Positions 43,386-58,241 of a stretch of 64,000 nucleotides of DNA are shown piece after piece. The notes under the pieces are model-generated. The model saw only the letters and a list, made by a program, of their open reading frames with translations, did no database searches and was not told where the DNA came from. The stretch is taken from assembly GCF_009914755.1 (NCBI RefSeq), contig NC_060925.1; one strand, written 5' to 3'. Made by a program: the position numbers and the translations under genes. How positions within the stretch are numbered: the stretch's first letter is position 1; the number at the start of each line of letters is the position of its first letter. The DNA is from the human T2T-CHM13v2.0 reference genome, Homo sapiens.

Positions 43386-44300
43386 CTTCCCTCCTAGCGG
43401 GTGGCAAGCTTCCCGAGGCGGCGGCGGCGGCGGCTACTGGGTGACCACTCAATGGCTCTTCGCCGCGCTCTGTCTCCCGCCTCGGTGGTCTCCGGTCAGC
43501 ATGGCACAGCCCAGTGGGGTCCCCACTCTGCAGGGGCGCGCCCCTGTCCCGCGCGCCGACTCCGGGTACCAGAGCCGTCAGCCCCGCCCCTCGGGCAGGG
43601 GGCGGGCGTGGAAACGCCTAAGAGGATGCTGAGTGACAGAGGCGCAGGCCGCGCTCCGACCCTGCCATGTCTCTCCCCAGCTGTCTCTCCCGCCAGCCGC
43701 CGCGTCCTCAACGTCCTCCCCTTTTAGCAGACTGGGCTCCCGGAGCAGCAGCGGCCGGCCGCCCAGACGCAAAGCCTCGGGGATGGAGGATCAGATTTCA
43801 AGATGGCGCCAGCGGCTTCGCGTCTGCGGCCTCCACAAGGCTCTTCTGGGAGCTGTAGTCCGGTCAGCGGGCTTCCGGCTCTGCGCATGCGAGGTAGCCA
43901 GCGCGACCCTCGCCCCAAATCCGGTTGCACACCTGGCTCACGGCGAGTGCGGAGCAGAAAGCACTACTGGCGCGGGCCACAGCCAGCCGCTTTCATCTGC
44001 TAAGACCTCACCTGAAAGGCGCACCAGTGCCCTCAAGGATCCTCCCGCCTCTGCAGGATGTCGAGGCTCCTCCTCGCCGGGAGGAGAAAGCGGAATCCCC
44101 TCCCTGCATTCTCGGACAGTGCCACGTCCTCCGGCTGCCAGCGGGGCAGCGCCGCTAGGTACCGCTGCGCGCCGCCCCCGCTTCCCGCCAGCAGCCTCAC
44201 CTTTCCCGGCCCCGCCCCGCCTGGGTTCTAAGGGCCTGAGGCTGCGAGGCAGGCGAGGGAAGGCTTGGTAACGGAGGGGCGGGGCCGTGCAACCCTTACC
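43150..44300. promoter_or_regulatory. CpG island / internal promoter of the SMYLE-type isoform
   Basis: Dense CpG; GC boxes (43582, 43598); YY1-like CAAGATGGCG 43799; ZNF143-type ACTACAnnTCCCA 43847-43859 (minus); ETS CCGGAAG 43872-43878 (minus); NRF1 TGCGCATGCG 43882-43891; GGC repeat ~43417-43433. Confidence 0.88.
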
Positions 44301-45317
44301 TCGACTCTGAACAGGAATGTCCAGAAAAGAGTAGAGGAGTGTTTCTCCCTTGATGTGGGTGGGGGAGGGTTAGTACCCGTGGGTGACTTGCCCTTCTTTA
44401 GATAAAAAAGCACAGAGCAGTCACCTAAGAGTCCGGCACATACAATGTGAATCTGGTTAACCAAGATCTTGAAGATAGTAGAAGAGAAATGGGCTTTTTT
44501 AAGGATGCAGCCAGCCGCGAGTAGATTACCACCATTGAAGTCCCTTTCCCTCAGGTAGAGGGCAGTCATTATTTTAGGACAGGGGACGGTAGACAAACAC
44601 TAGCGCAAAAGACAGAGCTTCTTTCCGTAAGAGCTCGAGTGTCTGGGAATGCAGCTCGCGCCAGAAAGGACTGGGAACTTCACTGACTTCGGTGAAAACC
44701 ATGTCTTACTCAGCATTGTACAGTGATAGGTCCTCCACCCTTGGGTCCAAAACTTAGATTGCACACAAAGAGGAGGGAAGCTGGAGCCCTGACTAGGTAG
44801 AATGCTGGTACCTCCGGCCATTTTTAATAAGGAATTATCTTCCTGGCTTGAGAGGCATTCAGACACGTAACAAGAGGAACAACCTCAGCAATCACTTGCA
44901 GTCCCCTAGAGCAGGACATTTCCCAGTTCTAATCATGCTAAATTTTTACTAACTTGACCTTGTAAGCTAAGGCCAGCAACATCTAAGTTTTTCTGAACCT
45001 CATCCCCAGGACAGAGTCCATAGTCCTAAGCCTGAAGACATCCAAATGCCATCTCTGAGAGTTCATAATAAGCCCCCAAACTTCTTATTGAAGACTAAAT
45101 GAGATGATTTTGAGGAAATGCTTTAACCGTGTTTCGCTCATTAAATAATAGCTAATATTATTATTTTACTATGAATTGGAATATTTTCAGTAACTTTAAA
45201 ACATTATGGGGCCCTGCCTACATAAGATTGTATTGTTCTCTTAATCACCAAAGCAAAATCTTGTAGCTCCATTGTAAGAGAAAAGGACAGTTCTTAGAGC
45301 TTTGGGCTTAGTAGGTG

Positions 45318-45700
45318 ATATGATTTGAATATATGGCCCCACCAAATCTCATGTTGAATTGTAATCCCCAGTGTTGGAGGTGGGGCCTGGTGGGAGGTGT
45401 TTGGGGCGGTGCGGGGGGCAGATCCCTCATGGGTTTGTGCTACCTTTGCAATAGAGAGTGAGTTTTTCTGAGATCTGGTCATTTAAAAGTGTGTGGTGCC
45501 TCCACCGCTCCATCTTGCTCCTGCTCTGGCCATGTGACTTGTTTGCTCCCCCTTCACCTTCCTGAAGCCTCCCCAGAAGCCAAGCAGATACCAGCACCAT
45601 GCTTCCTATAAAGCCTGCAGAACTGTGAGCCAATTAAACCTCTTTTCTTTATACATTACCTGGTCTCAAGTATGTATAGCAATGCAAGAATGGCCTAATA
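45318..45700 (+). mobile_element. MaLR solo LTR (MST-like)
   Basis: tgatatgatttg...aaatctcatgttgaattgtaatcccc...cagaactgtgagccaattaaacctcttttc. Confidence 0.85.
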
Positions 45701-47203
45701 TCAGGCTATAGAATTTTGCATATGTAATTTCATCTACTATGTATATTCTGTCTCAAAAACCAAGAATAGAAAAGCAGTTCAAGTAAAACCACAGCTGCAT
45801 TTTTGCCTGCCTCTAGGTATGTGAGCTTCAAAGTTGGAAGAAATTAAGCAACATGCTTTGGAATCTATGGTGATCTATAGAAAGGCAAAGTTTCTGGACT
45901 CACCCTGACTGATGGAAAGACAGACTGCCTGCCAGGACACTACCCTGCTGTACCCAGTCTTAAGTATAATAAAGATCTCATTTTTTACTGTCAATGCAAG
46001 CCACATTTTCCTATTAGGAAAATGTGAATGAAACAAAGTGCTCTTCAAGAGCAAACCCTGAATTATACTTTGGGTTATTCTCTGTTCCTCAAAAGGATTT
46101 TGCATCTAACTGATAGTCTCCAAATTGTAATGACAGTATATAGATAGCTTGGTGTAGACATACAGGTCAATACAAATGGAGAAAAGGCAATTTGCCATTG
46201 AAGAATATGTTTGCTTTAAGTAAAGATCAATATACTAAGAAAGCTATACATATCTAGACTTCCAAAAACAGATGGGAATAAACTACTCAGCAATCAGAAT
46301 ATTCGAAGATGGCACTCTGTTCACTTCCAGAGAAAATAGTTCAAAACTGTATCTCAAAGTGGATATAAGCTATTGTACTAGAATTAGTCCCTGTGTGAGC
46401 ATTTGGCATTATAAAATAAGATGTTCCCAATGAAAAGATCACTGGTATGTAGATAATAAAATGTGAAAATAAAAATTTAAAAATAAAACAAAAATTATGT
46501 GATAATAAATTTTGCACTCCTTGGTCCTTATCATTATTATCTTGTGGTCAAGAGTTTGCAGTTGAACTGGTTACCTATGGTGGGGCTATACAAGGACATT
46601 TACTTTTTATTCTACATACTGTGTATCATTTGAATTTTGGACAATGAATGTTTATTCAGGTATTAATTTTAGATTTTATTTAATTTAGAAAACATTTTAT
46701 AGTTAAAATAAGGGCTGCCAATTTAACACACTAATGTCAGGGTCTAAGTGGTAAAACTTGAACCTAAAATAAGAATTTTTATACTACCTATGATAAATAT
46801 ATAATATAAGAAGATAACTTATATAAACAAAAGTTCAAAGGGGATCCACAAGTTATTAGTAATGGTTATGTCTAGAGAGTGGAATTATGGACATTTATTT
46901 TCTTTTTTCCTTATTTTCTATAATTTTTTACATTATGTATTACATACTTTAAATAACTTTAAGTACTTACTGCTTTTGTACTTAAGTATATAAAAAGAAA
47001 AAATATAATTGTTACTAAGAAAAAGGTAGATGAAACACATTTTGGTGTATTCATACAATACAATACAGTACTAGCCAGCGATCAAAAAGAATGAACTCAG
47101 ATACATGCAACATGGATACATCTTGAAAACATTTTAAGTGAAACAAGCCATATGCAAATGAGTACATCCTGTGTGATTCCATTTATTTGAAGTCTGACAA
47201 CAG

Positions 47204-47245
47204 GTCTACAGCCGTACTACCCTGAATGCACCTGATCTTGTCTGA
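47204..47245 (+). pseudogene. 5S rRNA retropseudogene, 5' ~42 nt
   Basis: gtctacagccgtactaccctgaatgcacctgatcttgtctga matches the 5S 5' end with CpG decay; imperfect direct repeats tgaagtctgacaacag / tgaagtctaataacag. Confidence 0.85.
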
Positions 47246-47679
47246 AGTCTAATAACAGACTATAGGAAAAACAGATCTATTGTGATATAAGTCAGGAAGT
47301 GGTTGAACGGTGAGAGACAGGGTGAGAAGTGATTGCAAAGGGGCACAAAGAAATTTTCTGAGGTGATGAAGCTGTTCTGTATCTTGTTTTGGATGAAGAT
47401 AACATAGGTGTATAGAATTGTTGAAGCTCATTGAACTGGGCACTTAGATCTGTAGATTGTATACATATTAGTATATTTCAATTAAAAAGATTAAAAGGAG
47501 TAAATAAATTAAAACTATGTGTTTCCCTCAAAATTTTAATTTGAGGGATTTCTTTGGTAGAAAGTCACCCGCACTTTAAGAACAGTTTTGAAAATTAGGG
47601 AAATGCTATAAAATATAGCCCAGAAGAAATTCTGTAAAAGACCCAATTGCAAATTAAAAACTTAAGCCTATCCATATGA

Positions 47680-47790
47680 GTTTTTTTTTTTTTTTTGAGA
47701 CGGAGACTCACTGTGTCACCCAGGCTGGAGTGCAGTGGCACAATCTCGGCTCACTGCAACCTCTGCCTCCCGGGTTCCACTGCGCCCCAC
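47680..47790 (-). mobile_element. Internally deleted Alu
   Basis: Right-arm 3' end fused directly to the Alu 5' end (cccgggtt|ccactgcgcc). Confidence 0.75.
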
Positions 47791-48115
47791 CTTAGGATAA
47801 TATTTTATATGCATGTGTACACCAAACACTTATGATTGGAGCAAGGCATGTTGTTAAGGTGAGACTTAGGGCTTTTGTAATGATGTAGTATAAAATTATT
47901 ACTTCTAAAACCTAGTGAAGGCACATAACGAAAAGTTTGAGAATAAGCTTCATATTATGATTAAACAAATTATTAATTTTATATATCAACAGTTCACCCT
48001 GAACATTGATTAATAAATACATTTACAAGCACTTACTTGCTTTATGGCCTAGGTTAAGTCACTTATATCTGGCTTTTAATTTCCTAATCTACAATGAAAT
48101 ATGTTGAATTTAAAC

Positions 48116-48302
48116 AGCAGTTTTCAAACTTAAGCATGCATCAGAATCACCTGGAGGGCTTGTTAACATAAATTGTTGGGACCTACCCCCTTGAGTTTCT
48201 GACACAATAAGGTCTGGGGTGGGGCCCAAGAATTTGCATTCCTGACAAGTTCCCAGATCATGTTGATGCTGCTATCTGGGAATCACACTTTGAAAACCAC
48301 TG
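48116..48302. mobile_element. MER5A-like DNA transposon relic (another at ~25465-25650)
   Basis: cagttttcaaact...gcatcagaatcacctggagggcttgttaa...cacactttgaaaaccactg. Confidence 0.8.
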
Positions 48303-49610
48303 AATGAGAACTATCCTAAGCTGTATCAGACAACAGATCAGAACTTCTGCAGATAGACAGAAAAGCACACCAATGAAGAACTACTTACAAAATCTATGTT
48401 GAATTTAGAGAACTGTATCCGCATGTGGAACAAGATTTCTAAATATTACTGTGGTATGGGGTGTTTTGCACTATCTCTGTTTTGACCTCTAAATTTTGCA
48501 GTCACCATAGTCACTTTTGCACCCCCTGTGTGGCAACTGGGTTGTAGTGTTTCTAAGACCTACTGCTGGGCTGAGAGGGAGTTTCCAAAAGAATTGGAGA
48601 GGTGGAAAATCCCCATGTCCCAAACCAGTTGTATTAGGTTTCACTGCCCTAGTTATGACATTGGAAATAGCTATTCTAATTACTAAAAACTATGCACCAA
48701 AAGAAAAATGTGATTCTGGCAGAGAAACTAAGGCAGATGAGAAAATGCAAGAATGTCAAAGTAAAGCCAGTTAGGCTTTGTGGTAACACACAGGCAGTTG
48801 CGTGATTTCCCTGTGCTCTTTGGAAACCTTTAAGAAGTCAGAAACAATCATGCTTTCCATTAATTAACAACACAGCATCTTGAAATGCTTGTTTTAAAGC
48901 CAGGAGATTTCCGGTTCATCTGCAGATTATAGTAGTATGCTTCTCAGCAAAATCCATCTAATAGTAAACATTAGAGTCTTTCAAGTTATTAAATACGCAT
49001 AGGTTGTTAAGTAAATTTTAAAGTATTTGTTAAATCAATCAATGAGCAAGAATGCAAACATACCTTTTTTTATCTCTTCAATGAGCTTTCAGTTTAGTTA
49101 AAAGGGAGAAAAGGTGCACGCTACAGTTAGAACAATTGACTGGTAAACTAAATGGTACTGAATTAAATTTAGTGTGAATACAGAAAAAGTTGAGGTTAGT
49201 ATGGGCTGGTATAGTTGAAGGGACAAGAGTGGCACTTGAGATGGGTGTTAGGATGAAGAAGGCCAAGGAAGGGACTCAGCAAAATAAAATAGCTTCATTA
49301 AAAGCCACGGAACTTGGGTTAAACACAGTGCTAGCCTGTAGGTAAAGAGAGATGTTGGGGATTTTTGAATGACCAGGTTCATCCATCCATACATCTAATC
49401 CTCTATAGTTGTTCATTCAAAGAACATGTATCAAGAGCCAACTGTAAGCCAGACACTATGCTATGGAGTGCCTTGCCAATTAGAATTTGGTTAATGTTTT
49501 GACAAAGGCAAAAGAATTTGGACTTAATGTTATGGATTTAAGCAGACAATGACATGATGAAAACCTTTTTTTAGGAAGATTACCCAGGCAACAGGATGGA
49601 TGGTACTTCC

Positions 49611-49908
<298 letters not shown>

Positions 49909-51238
49909 CTCTGCTTCCCTCTTTTCTAATCTGATGGTTAAGCCCTTAGCATTCCCTTGACTCTGGAACTTTTGCAGAGCAAAGAGCAGAGGCTGTTTGA
50001 AGCCAACTGCATTTCTAGACTTTTATGAAATTCTAAGCCCACTGCGAAGATTGAGCCAGATGTCCCATTGGGGAAGAGAGGAGACAGAAAAGTTTTTGAA
50101 GTCAGCGAAGAGGAGAGAGTGACATTTCACACAGATGGAAAGAGACTGGAGGTCAAAGAGTAACAAGTACCCACCTCCATTCCATATCAGTGCCCTGGAG
50201 AAGCAGCAGGACCTCAGAGAGGGAAGTAATGGGGTGACTTGGAGAGGCTGCACTTTAGCAGGGGATTCTGGCTCCATAAAAGGTTAAATATAGCAAGCTT
50301 CTAGGGTTGGCAAAACCATGCTTACTGAGGCAGGGGTGGTTTAGTGGCAGATCAACGATCAGAGTAGTCTCCTTGGTGCTTTGGTACCAGGTAAAACCTA
50401 GGGACCTTTAAATAGCTGAGAAAGTAGGGAGAGGAGGAAATATCAAACGTATGAAATTGAATTTCTCACCATCCTGATTCAGACAGGGGCTTTAAATTGA
50501 TGACTACCTTAGATTTATGAACTAAGAGTCATACACTATGAACTTTTGTTCGTTGGTGCTCAGTCCTAGACCCTTTTCACCTCTCTATTCTCTTCTGGTG
50601 TCATCTCATCCTTTCCCATCTTTATACCAGTGGCTTCCAATTTATGTTTTTATTGTAGAATTCTCATCTGAGTGCCACTCTCAAATACCTGGTTACCTAT
50701 TTGATATCTGCATGTGGATGTGTCATAGACATCTCAAAATTACCGTAGGAAAGACTGATCTCCTGACTGTTGTCTTCCCCTTGTTTAAAGTGCCTCCCTT
50801 TCCTCCTAATACTTTATATGAGGAGTCAGAAAACTATGGACTGTGGACCAAATCCAGCCCCCACCTGTTTGTGCAAATACAGTTTTGTTGGAACACAGCC
50901 ATGTTCATTCTTATGTGTTGTGTGTGACTGTTTTTATGCAACAATGGCAGAAACTTTACAGCCTGCAAAGCTTATTTACTATCTGGCCCTATACAGAAAA
51001 AGTCTACCAATTCCTGCTCTTTGCTTTCTTCAATGTATTTATCACAATTTGAAGTTATATATTTGTTTCATTATCTGCTTATTTATCTGCCTCCTTCCAT
51101 AGAAGGTAATTCTCTAGTGCCTACCATGACAGCACCATTGCCTAGTCATGGTAGGCACTCAATTGTTATTGAATAGAATGTATGAATGAGAAAATGAACT
51201 ATTATATATTAAAATTTTATTTTGGTCTTTTGCCTTAG

Positions 51239-51584
<346 letters not shown>

Positions 51585-52112
51585 CTAATGACTTCATATC
51601 TTAAGTAACAAGAGTGCTAAAATAATGAGTCCCCTCAATTTCTTTGCCCTCTACTCTATCCTCCTTTCAGATTAATCTTTCTAAAACAGAGCTCAGATAT
51701 CACTCTCCCTCAAAGAAACCTGGAGACCCAATGACTTGTCCATTAATCCTAAACTTCTTTACCTGCTTCTTAAAGTTCTCTGAATCTGGCTCCACTCTAT
51801 TTTTCTGTCCCCCTATATTCTATTCCTGCTACTACTTCTCTACCCTGAACTTCCCCACCTCTATACTTCATACACTTGGAATATTCTTTTCTATCACTAC
51901 CACCTCCACCTGTCAAAATCCTATCCACCCTTCAAGTATTTCCTCCAAGCTGCCTTTCTGAGTACCACCAAAAGACATCTTTCTCTTCTTCCATCTTCCA
52001 AAATACTTTTTGTACCTATAGTAACTTGTATGTCATTTCTCCATACTGCGTTTTCCCCATTAACTGGTAAGCTACTTAAGAAAAGGAACCACAGCTTTCT
52101 CATCTTGGTATC

Positions 52113-52438
52113 TGCTATGGTTTGAAAGTTTGTATTCCCCTCCAAATTCATATGTTGAAATCCTAACCCCCAACATAATGGTATTAGGAGGTGGGGGATT
52201 TGGGAGAGATTAGTGTCCTTATAAAAAGAGACCTCAGAGAGTTAGCTAATCCCTTCTACCATGTGAAGACACAGCAGGAAATCCATAAACCAGAAAGTGG
52301 GCCCTCACCAGACACTGAAAATGCCAGTGCCTTGATCTTGGACTTCCCAGCCTCCAGAACTGTGAGAAATGAATTTCTATTGTTTATAAGCCACTCAGTC
52401 TATGGTATTCTGTTATAGCAGCCTGAGTGGACTAAGAC
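52113..52438 (+). mobile_element. MaLR solo LTR (MLT1A-like)
   Basis: tgctatggtttgaa...ttggacttcccagcctccagaactgtgagaaat...gactaagac. Confidence 0.85.
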
Positions 52439-55400
52439 TGCTTCTGAAGTATTTGGAACAGTATCTTTCTAGATCTCAATAATCATTGAATGAATGAATA
52501 AAGAAATGCCTTTCCTTTTCATATCTACTTAGTAAAATCCTACTCATTCCTCAGAGACCAAAATCTTTGCTTCTGACCCCAGTCCATGATGATTTTTCCT
52601 TTCTGTACTGCCTTGTATTTTTTTCATCAGTGACTTTCTCCTATTGTAATCTCTAGAAGGTAGAGACTAAATCCTGCACATCTTTGTGTTCTTCTTCCTT
52701 CACCTAACAGTACCTTGTGCATTACAAGTGCTCAGTAAATATTTTTGATTAAGTTGTAAAGCAGCTGCCTATTTTTCCACTTCCTTTGCTGCTCAAAAGG
52801 ATTAGAGCAATGATTGCTTTAGCTGCTAAGGCCTGCTTCAGAGACACATTATTAATGAAGGTTGTCTGGGAGACAGTAATGTTGAACGGGGATTTGTAAA
52901 TGAGTCTCCAGCTTCAACATTCATCAGCAAAAGAAGGGGATACTGAAAAGCTACTCTAAAAAAAAATCTCATATGAAGTTGTCCGGAGCTGCCTGAGCTA
53001 CTAATCACTGCAAGGTTTTCAGTCTCTGCCTTGAGCATTTAGAGCACATTCTTGCCTTAACCTCCAAGTCAGATCTCTCCATGGTAACGCAGGAATGTTT
53101 GCTATTTTAGGAAATATGCCTCACTGCATGCAGTACTATTTACATTAAGTTCCAAACAAGGCATAAATGCAACAGCTTGACTGTGCTAATTTGTGTGAGT
53201 GGGAAGGTCTCACTTACTTAATGTGGGCCTCTCCCTAATTGTGTTATCCTGTTTCATTTTATAAGCCAACCACAGTGAGATTACATGTTAATAAATTTTG
53301 CTCATCTTATACTGAAGGAGAAATGCAGAGAGAGAAAAAAGGCGACAAACAAAACAAGAATTCCTCCAGACCTCCCTTTGCAAGGGCATCATTTTTTCTG
53401 CCTTCACACCCTCCAGGTCTGGTTTCATTTAAAACCTTCATTGAGATGAAGCTTCTAACATTCTGTAGAAGGAAATAATATCAATAACTGAAACAATTGC
53501 TAGCTTTTCCCTGCAACTTTGTAGATACCTTTACTGAGGAAGAGAAAAATGCTTTGTAAACTTTATTAGATTTTCTGACTCCCTAGTGAAAAAGATGTGG
53601 ACAAGATGTCACAGCCTCACATCAAAAAGCTCCTCAACACTCTGATCACACATACTATTGATCTGAATGGACATCAAGAAGGATTGGAAGGAGATATGGA
53701 ATGATGTCAGTCAATGGCATATCTAGTTGGTGGTACTTTTTTTGCTTTACAAGAAGTTAATTATAGACGTTCATAAATATTGTGCAAGTGCACTCCCACT
53801 AAAATGAATGTTGTAGAATGTTTTGGTAGAATGGAAAAGGAAAACAGCTAGAAAGACTGTAAGATCAATTAAATAAAATAATCTTTATCAAAAGTGTCTG
53901 TCTTATTTGAGAGAATGAAGACTCTGAAGTGAACTTCCTGTACTCAGATATTACAGTGAGTATATTATACTCATACTCCAGACTTTCATACTGGGATCAC
54001 TTGAGAGATAGTTATCTGTGGGATGTGGAGTAAATGAGCGTTCTTCACTTGGACAATTCAGACCTAGAAGTGCAAGATCTGTGAGCTCTTCTTTCTTCTA
54101 GGGCCCAACTGTTTGTGGTATTCTCAGTTGTGAAGTATAGGTGGAATTAAAGGAAGTGAATAGGTCTTTAGAACTTAAGCTCCTCCATATTCCAGCTGAA
54201 TCAGTGAGGGATTCCAGGGATGGCTTCACTGGAGATGAGGAGATTCTTTAGCCTCTGAAGAACAGGCCCAGAGCTTAGAAATTGAACTTTTACCTTCCAC
54301 ATTGTAAGGGTCTTTCTTCTGTGGTGACAGTTGGCATGGCAGACAAGGTTTGAGTAGAATACAGTGGAACTATAACTGTTACAGTGAAAGTATACTGTTA
54401 GCAGAGAAGGATAACACCCACAACATAGGCTCCAAGTGTCACAAATAGCAAGGTTCACCATACATTACCTATGCAGAGGGGAGAGACAAAGTGCTTTGTA
54501 ATTGGTTTTATAATATTCTTTTCCCCAACCAATTCAAAGAACAGACTTGACAAAGCAGTTCATAGCTGTGTCAGATTATGATTTGCTCTCTGAGGAGGTG
54601 ACATCAATTATCTCAGATGCTCTTCAAGCAATCCTCAGTTTCCACGACAACTAGGATTACCTTTCTAAATGCAAATCATATGCTTTTATTCCCCTTGCTT
54701 TTTTTTTTCTGGTGCCTACAACATGAAGCCCTTAGCTCAACATTTATGGTACTTTCCAGCTATATATTTTATCATTCTCCAATACTTATTTTTGGTAACA
54801 TCGATTACTCCCAATTCCTTAGCTGTGTTCCACATCACTGTATATATTGCTCCGTTTCCTATTTTCTGCCTGGTGTATCCAGTCTTTAAGGCCCAACAGA
54901 AGGGTGACCTCCAGGTGAGTTCCTCCTTGGAGTTAATTCCTTTCAGCTGTGGGTTCCTTTAGCACCATGCGTGTATTTCTGTCTCCTCATTTATCACACT
55001 GTATTTTAGTTCTTTGTTTACATACCAGTCTTTCACTGGACTATAAACCTTTGGAAGGCTAGGACTCCCTATACTAGTGGTACTCACTGAGCAACTGTCT
55101 CATCTCCTAGAGAGCATTTTGAAATTTTGTGGGGGTGTTTCTTGTTTTTGATGTTGTCACGATGATAAGTGAGGCAAGGGATGTTACAGGACAAAGTATT
55201 GTACCAAATTCCAAATGACTTTTGGAATTTGAATGTTCCATTGGGTGATGATAAAACTGTTTACAATCATCTGAACCTAGAACTTAATATATATATAGGA
55301 GCATGATGTTAATTTACACTAAATTTTTCCATGAATTAAACTACTATGTAAATTGAGGGAAGACACTACCAGTCCTTGGGCCCAATTTTTTTTCCCATAA

Positions 55401-56361
55401 GACGTAGACCCAAAGGGAGAAACAAGGAAATATGCTATGGGAGGCTTTCTATTCTCCACACTTGAGAGGACCAACTATCAGCGGCCTCCTGTGGCAGAGC
55501 TTTCCAACTTGGGTATTCCAGCACAGTGTACCTCAGCATGGTCCACCACTGTGCAAAGACGCTGATCCCCTCAGCTCTCAGGGTGGTGCATGGGTCCTGA
55601 GGTGGCCATAAGCAATTGCCTCAAACCATGAGCAGCCATGGGCACTTATTTCAGAATACCATAGATGTACACTCATTTCCTATGAAAATGAATTTTCTAT
55701 GAAAAAGGGTAGGAAACATTGTCTTATAGAACAAACAGCGCAATGTATCAGGTTTTGAAATGTACAATGTATTGGGTAATAACAACAATAAATTTTCATT
55801 AGGCAATGTTTAAAAAGCATATCAATTTAGTACAGTTTATATGATTTGATGCATTTCTTCTGCCCAATGGTCATGCAATATTATCCCCTGGATGCTGTAC
55901 TTATTCTTGTTCTAAGCATCCTTTTAGAGTAGAATATAAATAATTTAGTCTCTTTGAAATTATAATCTTTTGGTTCTTTAAGTCTGTTCTGAAAACTGGT
56001 ACCAAACCAATTCCTTAATTAGCATTGAAAATACTGAACTAAATATATTCATTTCAGTGCTTACCAAAGATGATGAAAATAAGTATATGTACAAAATATT
56101 TTAGTATTTATGTGCCTGTAAATACAAAAGGAGCAATAAAAGTGATTTCATTTCAGAAGGTGAACATTTTGAAAGAAATAATATTCATGTAAATTCTGAA
56201 CTAAAATAGAATGAAATAAAATTCTGAAATAAGATAAAAATAGAATGTTAGCATTATAGGAAACTATGGAGATTATTTGAGCTAATCTTCTCATTTTATG
56301 TATATGGAAGCTGAGAAGTGACATATCCATAGTCATACAGCTAATAAATAATCAGGATGGA

Positions 56362-56415
56362 ATCGCTTCTCGGCCTTTTGGCTAAGATCAAGTGTAGTAT
56401 CTGTTCTTATCAGCT
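56362..56415 (+). pseudogene. U2 snRNA retropseudogene, 5' 54 nt only
   Basis: ATCGCTTCTCGGCCTTTTGGCTAAGATCAAGTGTAGTATCTGTTCTTATCAG is the U2 5' end; 17-bp direct repeat taaataatcaggatgga at 56345-56361 and 56416-56432. Confidence 0.95.
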
Positions 56416-57047
56416 TAAATAATCAGGATGGAAATTCAATTCTTCTTATTCTCAGTTGAGCTTTTTCTAATTAAATGCATTACGAAATATTTTCAAGAGT
56501 CCCTTAAGAAAATTTCCACATATTTCAACATGTATCTTGCAAAAAGCCTATGAACTTCAATTTGTATTCATACTTGTAAAATTATGTTCACACATTATTT
56601 CTTGAGTTTGTTAACCAATGCTTTCCAACCAAAATGGAGCTGCAGTCTAAGAAGTTTGTAATTGTGGCCAAGATAGTAATTTTTTCCTGCCCTCATAGTG
56701 GCCTAAGCACCCAAATTGGCCACCTCCAAGTGAGAAGCTTCATCCATTTACCTCTATACCTTACAAATATTATCATTTGCCATGAAATGGAAAGGTTGGG
56801 AAGCAATGGTTTAAACTAATTCTTATCATTGCTCTTTTATCTTGACCCCAACCTTTCCATATGTGAACCAGTAAAGTAAACCACCCACATTTTGTCTTAT
56901 CAGTAGTCTAAGACCAGTGCAAGAATGTAAGGATACCAGGTAATTGCTTTTGTTGTTTGGGTGCAGGTATATTCTAAAGTTCTTTTAGAAAATATCTTTT
57001 TAGTAAATTAAAAGTTGAATGAAGGAGAGGAGTTCCCTTCGAGGTAA

Positions 57048-57599
<552 letters not shown>

Positions 57600-57649
57600 C
57601 AAAAAAACCCCTAAAACATTGTATGTTCTATATAATTATAAATCACTTG

Positions 57650-58241
57650 ATGTGGCTGGCAAATTCTAAGGTGGTCCCTATAATTCTCACCCACTGGCCA
57701 TCACATCTTTGTGTTATCCTCACCCCTTGAGGATGGGTAGAACCTGTAACTTCTAACCAATATGGCAAAGGTCATGAAATGTCACTGCATAGTTATGCTA
57801 TGTTATATGAAAAAAGTAAAGAGGTCATATAGATGTAATTAGGGCTGCTAATCAGTTGATTTTAAGTTAACAAAAAGGGATATTATGCTGGTGGGCCTGC
57901 CCTAATGAGCCCCTTAAAAGAAAGTCTAGAAGTGAGAAAAGTAACAGACTCTTTCTGCTGCTGGCTATGAAGAAGGAAGCTGCCATAACTTCTACAGCTA
58001 CACAGCAATAAATCCTTCCAACAGCCTGAGGAGCTTAGAAGCCGATCCTTCCCTAGGTATGCCTCCAGATGAGAAAAGAGCCCAGTCTACACCTTGATTT
58101 CACACTTATGAGACTCCAAACAGATCTCAGCTAAGCCATATCTGGACTCTTGACTCACAGAAACTGTGAGATAACAAAAATAAGGTGTTTTAAACTGCTA
58201 AGTTTGTAGTAATCTGTTACACAACAATAGATAACAAATAC
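57650..58241 (+). mobile_element. MaLR solo LTR (MLT1-type)
   Basis: tgtggctggcaaattctaag...cacagaaactgtgagataa...caatagataacaaataca. Confidence 0.8.

Noticed and set aside
43633-44271. 212-aa plus-strand ORF and overlapping ORFs in the CpG island
   Set aside because: GTG start and low-complexity Ala/Arg/Pro; expected from stop-codon scarcity in GC-rich DNA.
52838-53038. 66-aa minus-strand ORF as an extra first exon
   Set aside because: No convincing donor and no myomegalin-like sequence.
56362-56415. Functional U2 snRNA gene
   Set aside because: Only the 5' 54 nt; no Sm site, PSE or 3' box; TSD-flanked.
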